Origin: Podarcis pityusensis
Lineage: Eukaryota
Assembly: GCA_964106645.2 (NCBI GenBank)
Contig: OZ067043.1
Strand: one strand, 5' to 3'
Length of the DNA: 64,000 nucleotides
Every line of letters starts with the position of its first letter. Position 1 is the stretch's first letter. This document shows, piece after piece, positions 61,747-64,000 of this stretch. Both the position numbers and the translations under genes were made by a program. The notes below the pieces were generated by a model. That model had not been told where the DNA came from. It saw only the letters and a list, made by a program, of their open reading frames with translations, and made no database searches.

Positions 61747-61955
61747 CAGTCATACCTTGGGTTTACAAACGTGATCTGTGCGGGAGGCACGTTCACAACC
61801 CGCAGCGCCGCATCTGCGCACGCGCGCGATGTAATTTTGAGTTTCTGCGTGAGCGCCGAAACCCGGAAGTGACCTGCTCTGGTACTTCCGGGTTCGCCGC
61901 GGTCCGCAACCCGAAAACGCACAATCCGCTGCGTTCGTAACCCGAGGTATGACTG
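61747..61955. mobile_element. Tc1/mariner (Tigger/pogo-like) MITE, CpG-rich
   Basis: ta|cagtcataccttgggtt ... aacccgaggtatgactg|ta, with an internal inverted repeat acccggaagt / acttccgggt. Confidence 0.9.
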
Positions 61956-63855
61956 TATACATCTTCTGTATACTTAGTCCATTTCTCTTTTTAAGAATGT
62001 TAAATAAGAATAAATAATACAGTCCGACCACTAGAGAGAGCTCTAATTCCTTTTCTTACCAAACAATGTTTTGCTAAAGGTTGAAGATTGTTAAACATCT
62101 GGAAATGCAGAAACCATGGGTGGGAGGAACATTTTTACAGGTTTTTGGTGAAAGAAAATCTGTACAATACATATAAAACCCAAAATTACTTTACTGGAAG
62201 AGCTTAAAGTGAATAATGGCTAAGCCAATAGAATTTTATTTGCTGATCTATGTGGCATATTTATGAAATGTAAAAATATAAGTGCTACGCAGCACAGTGC
62301 TTTGAAGTAAGCTGCACAGAGTTCTATGAGACTTATTTGCTCCGAAGTACAGTAGATCTTTATAGGTTTGCAGCATCAATTGTATTGAAACAATATTTCT
62401 CAATAGTGCCAGTGCTAGAGATAGAATTTTGAAAGTTACTGCTTCCAAAGGTATTTAGGTATATCTTAGTTTTTGTTAGTTGAGAAAACTTAAATAAAAT
62501 ACTGTGGTAGAAAGTACCGAGTTTGTGTTATGGGTCTATAACTTTAACAAATAATAAAACCATGTAATAAAACCTACATTTTGTTTACTACAATCATTTT
62601 ACAGCTTCTAGCTTTTTTAGGTGCTTTTATATAAAAAAGGCTGCTAGCAGTAATAATACCATTTTATTTTTATTTTTTAAAAAACTTGCATATTTTTAGA
62701 AAGTTCAGAAAACCTATAATATAATCAAGAAGTAGCATTAATATGTATATTGAGCCAAGCAGGGTTACTATAAAGTTTATATCATCAACTTTTAAAAATG
62801 GGCTGCTTCCTTTGATCATTGCTCTCAATCTTCCATGTCTGCTTTTTGCTTAATAGTTTGCATGTTTTCAAACAATATTGGTGTGCGTCCCCTGATGCAC
62901 AAGATCAGGAATCGAAGGCTCATTGAGAAGCACAAGAGATTAGTGACTGTGTTGTCCAAACGTCTTTCTGCCTTCCTTGTTGCAGGAACTCAATGTTCCC
63001 AGGTTGACCAGAGTTGTTGTATATACTTCCATTTGAAAGTAGTTTTCCAGCACCAAGTTCTGAGAATAATGCTTGGTGGACCTGTAATCCTATGCCCATT
63101 TTTCTGGGAGCAAGCACTATTGAATTCATGGGACTTATTTTTGAGTAGACAGATGGAGGATTGCCCTATTAGTAATCTAGAGCAATAACAATGGAATAAT
63201 AACATAACAGTTTAAATTTATTTTAACTGTAAGAGATTTACAAGTGTAAATTCTTTTTAATATTATTTTAAAACATTGTCTTTTCAAAACCATTTTACTC
63301 ACAATTCAAAGATAAATGATGTCATATTTGTCTTTATTTTATCAGTTTCACCCAAATATTAGTTTGGCCAAGGTGGCAAAGAGAAGCAATGTGTGGACAA
63401 TGGGATTTCCAGGCCTTCATAGTTCTAGTAATGGGGGCAGACTTTTAATTTGCTCTTTTGAGAAGACTATGGCAGGCTGCCGCTAAATTACTCTAAATTA
63501 TTTTCCCCTTCCATTGTGGATGAGCTTGAAAAATTATCACTGAACATCTTGTAAACTTTTCATGAACTGCTATCTCGACCAGTTTTACTGTACTCATAAA
63601 GGACAAATAATTGTTTATATATATATCACTGCATTTTAGCGAAATGTTTAATTAGTTCCTGTAATGACTACTTAGGTATGTAACAATTTCAGATTACATT
63701 AGTTTGCTTGGTACTCAAAATTTACTGTTTGATCGTAAGCGCTTTTAGCATCCTGATGTTGTATTTCTTTGTATGTGTCTAATGCTCAAAGTAGGGTGCA
63801 TTTTCTATCAATGAATAGAGAGTAAATCTTTCTTCTTATTCACTTTGTATTTCAG

Positions 63856-63972
63856 ATCAAGTGGGGAGCTTGTTGCCTTGTTCTGGCTGGAAATGCAGTA
63901 ATTTTCATTACCATTTTAGGCTTTTTTGTTCTATTTGGAAGAGGAGATGATTTTTCCTGGGAACAGTGGTAG
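63856..63972 (+). CDS. LEPROT: LEPROT exon 4, coding part (117 nt incl. TAG)
   Basis: [38 protein letters not shown]. Total CDS 396 nt = 131 aa. The [11 protein letters not shown] end and the adjacency to DNAJC6 favour LEPROT over LEPROTL1. Confidence 0.97.
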   Translation: MKWGACCLVLAGNAVIFITILGFFVLFGRGDDFSWEQW

Positions 63973-64000
63973 ACTTCACTATGGATTTTCATATGGATCT

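Noticed and set aside
59291-63855. Possible LEPR coding exon in LEPROT intron 3
   Set aside because: No signal-peptide, cytokine-receptor or WSXWS-like translation found. ORFs here come from microsatellites and MITEs.

Overview
Vertebrate genomic DNA, AT-rich with two CpG islands. The repeats (Sauria SINEs, Squam3/CORE-type SINEs, CR1 and L2 LINE fragments, hAT and Tc1/mariner MITEs) point to a squamate, probably a lacertid lizard (inference). Two complete spliced genes lie on the + strand. (1) DNAJC6 (auxilin-1): 19 coding exons, 15891-51796, reconstructed by hand with all GT-AG junctions in phase. The CDS is 3012 nt (1003 aa), with a PTEN-like pseudophosphatase, C2 domain, clathrin/AP-2-binding region and J domain with HPD. 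A distant alternative first coding exon at 4759-4780 (MKESENK|G) gives a 931 aa form. (2) LEPROT (endospanin-1): 4 coding exons, 56062-63972, 131 aa, starting about 2 kb after the likely DNAJC6 3' end. This is the DNAJC6-LEPROT(-LEPR) order known from mammals. I found no wholly new biological system. The best observation is a near-consensus RE1/NRSE (REST) site inside DNAJC6 coding exon 1b that also contains a second, optimal-Kozak in-frame start codon and abuts the splice donor. Other points: a fourth DPF motif, tandem splice-site alternatives, uORFs, a kB-site cluster at the LEPROT promoter and nested transposons. Most ORFs in the supplied track are spurious or are partial exons. Comparisons with human and bovine proteins are from memory and need confirming by alignment.
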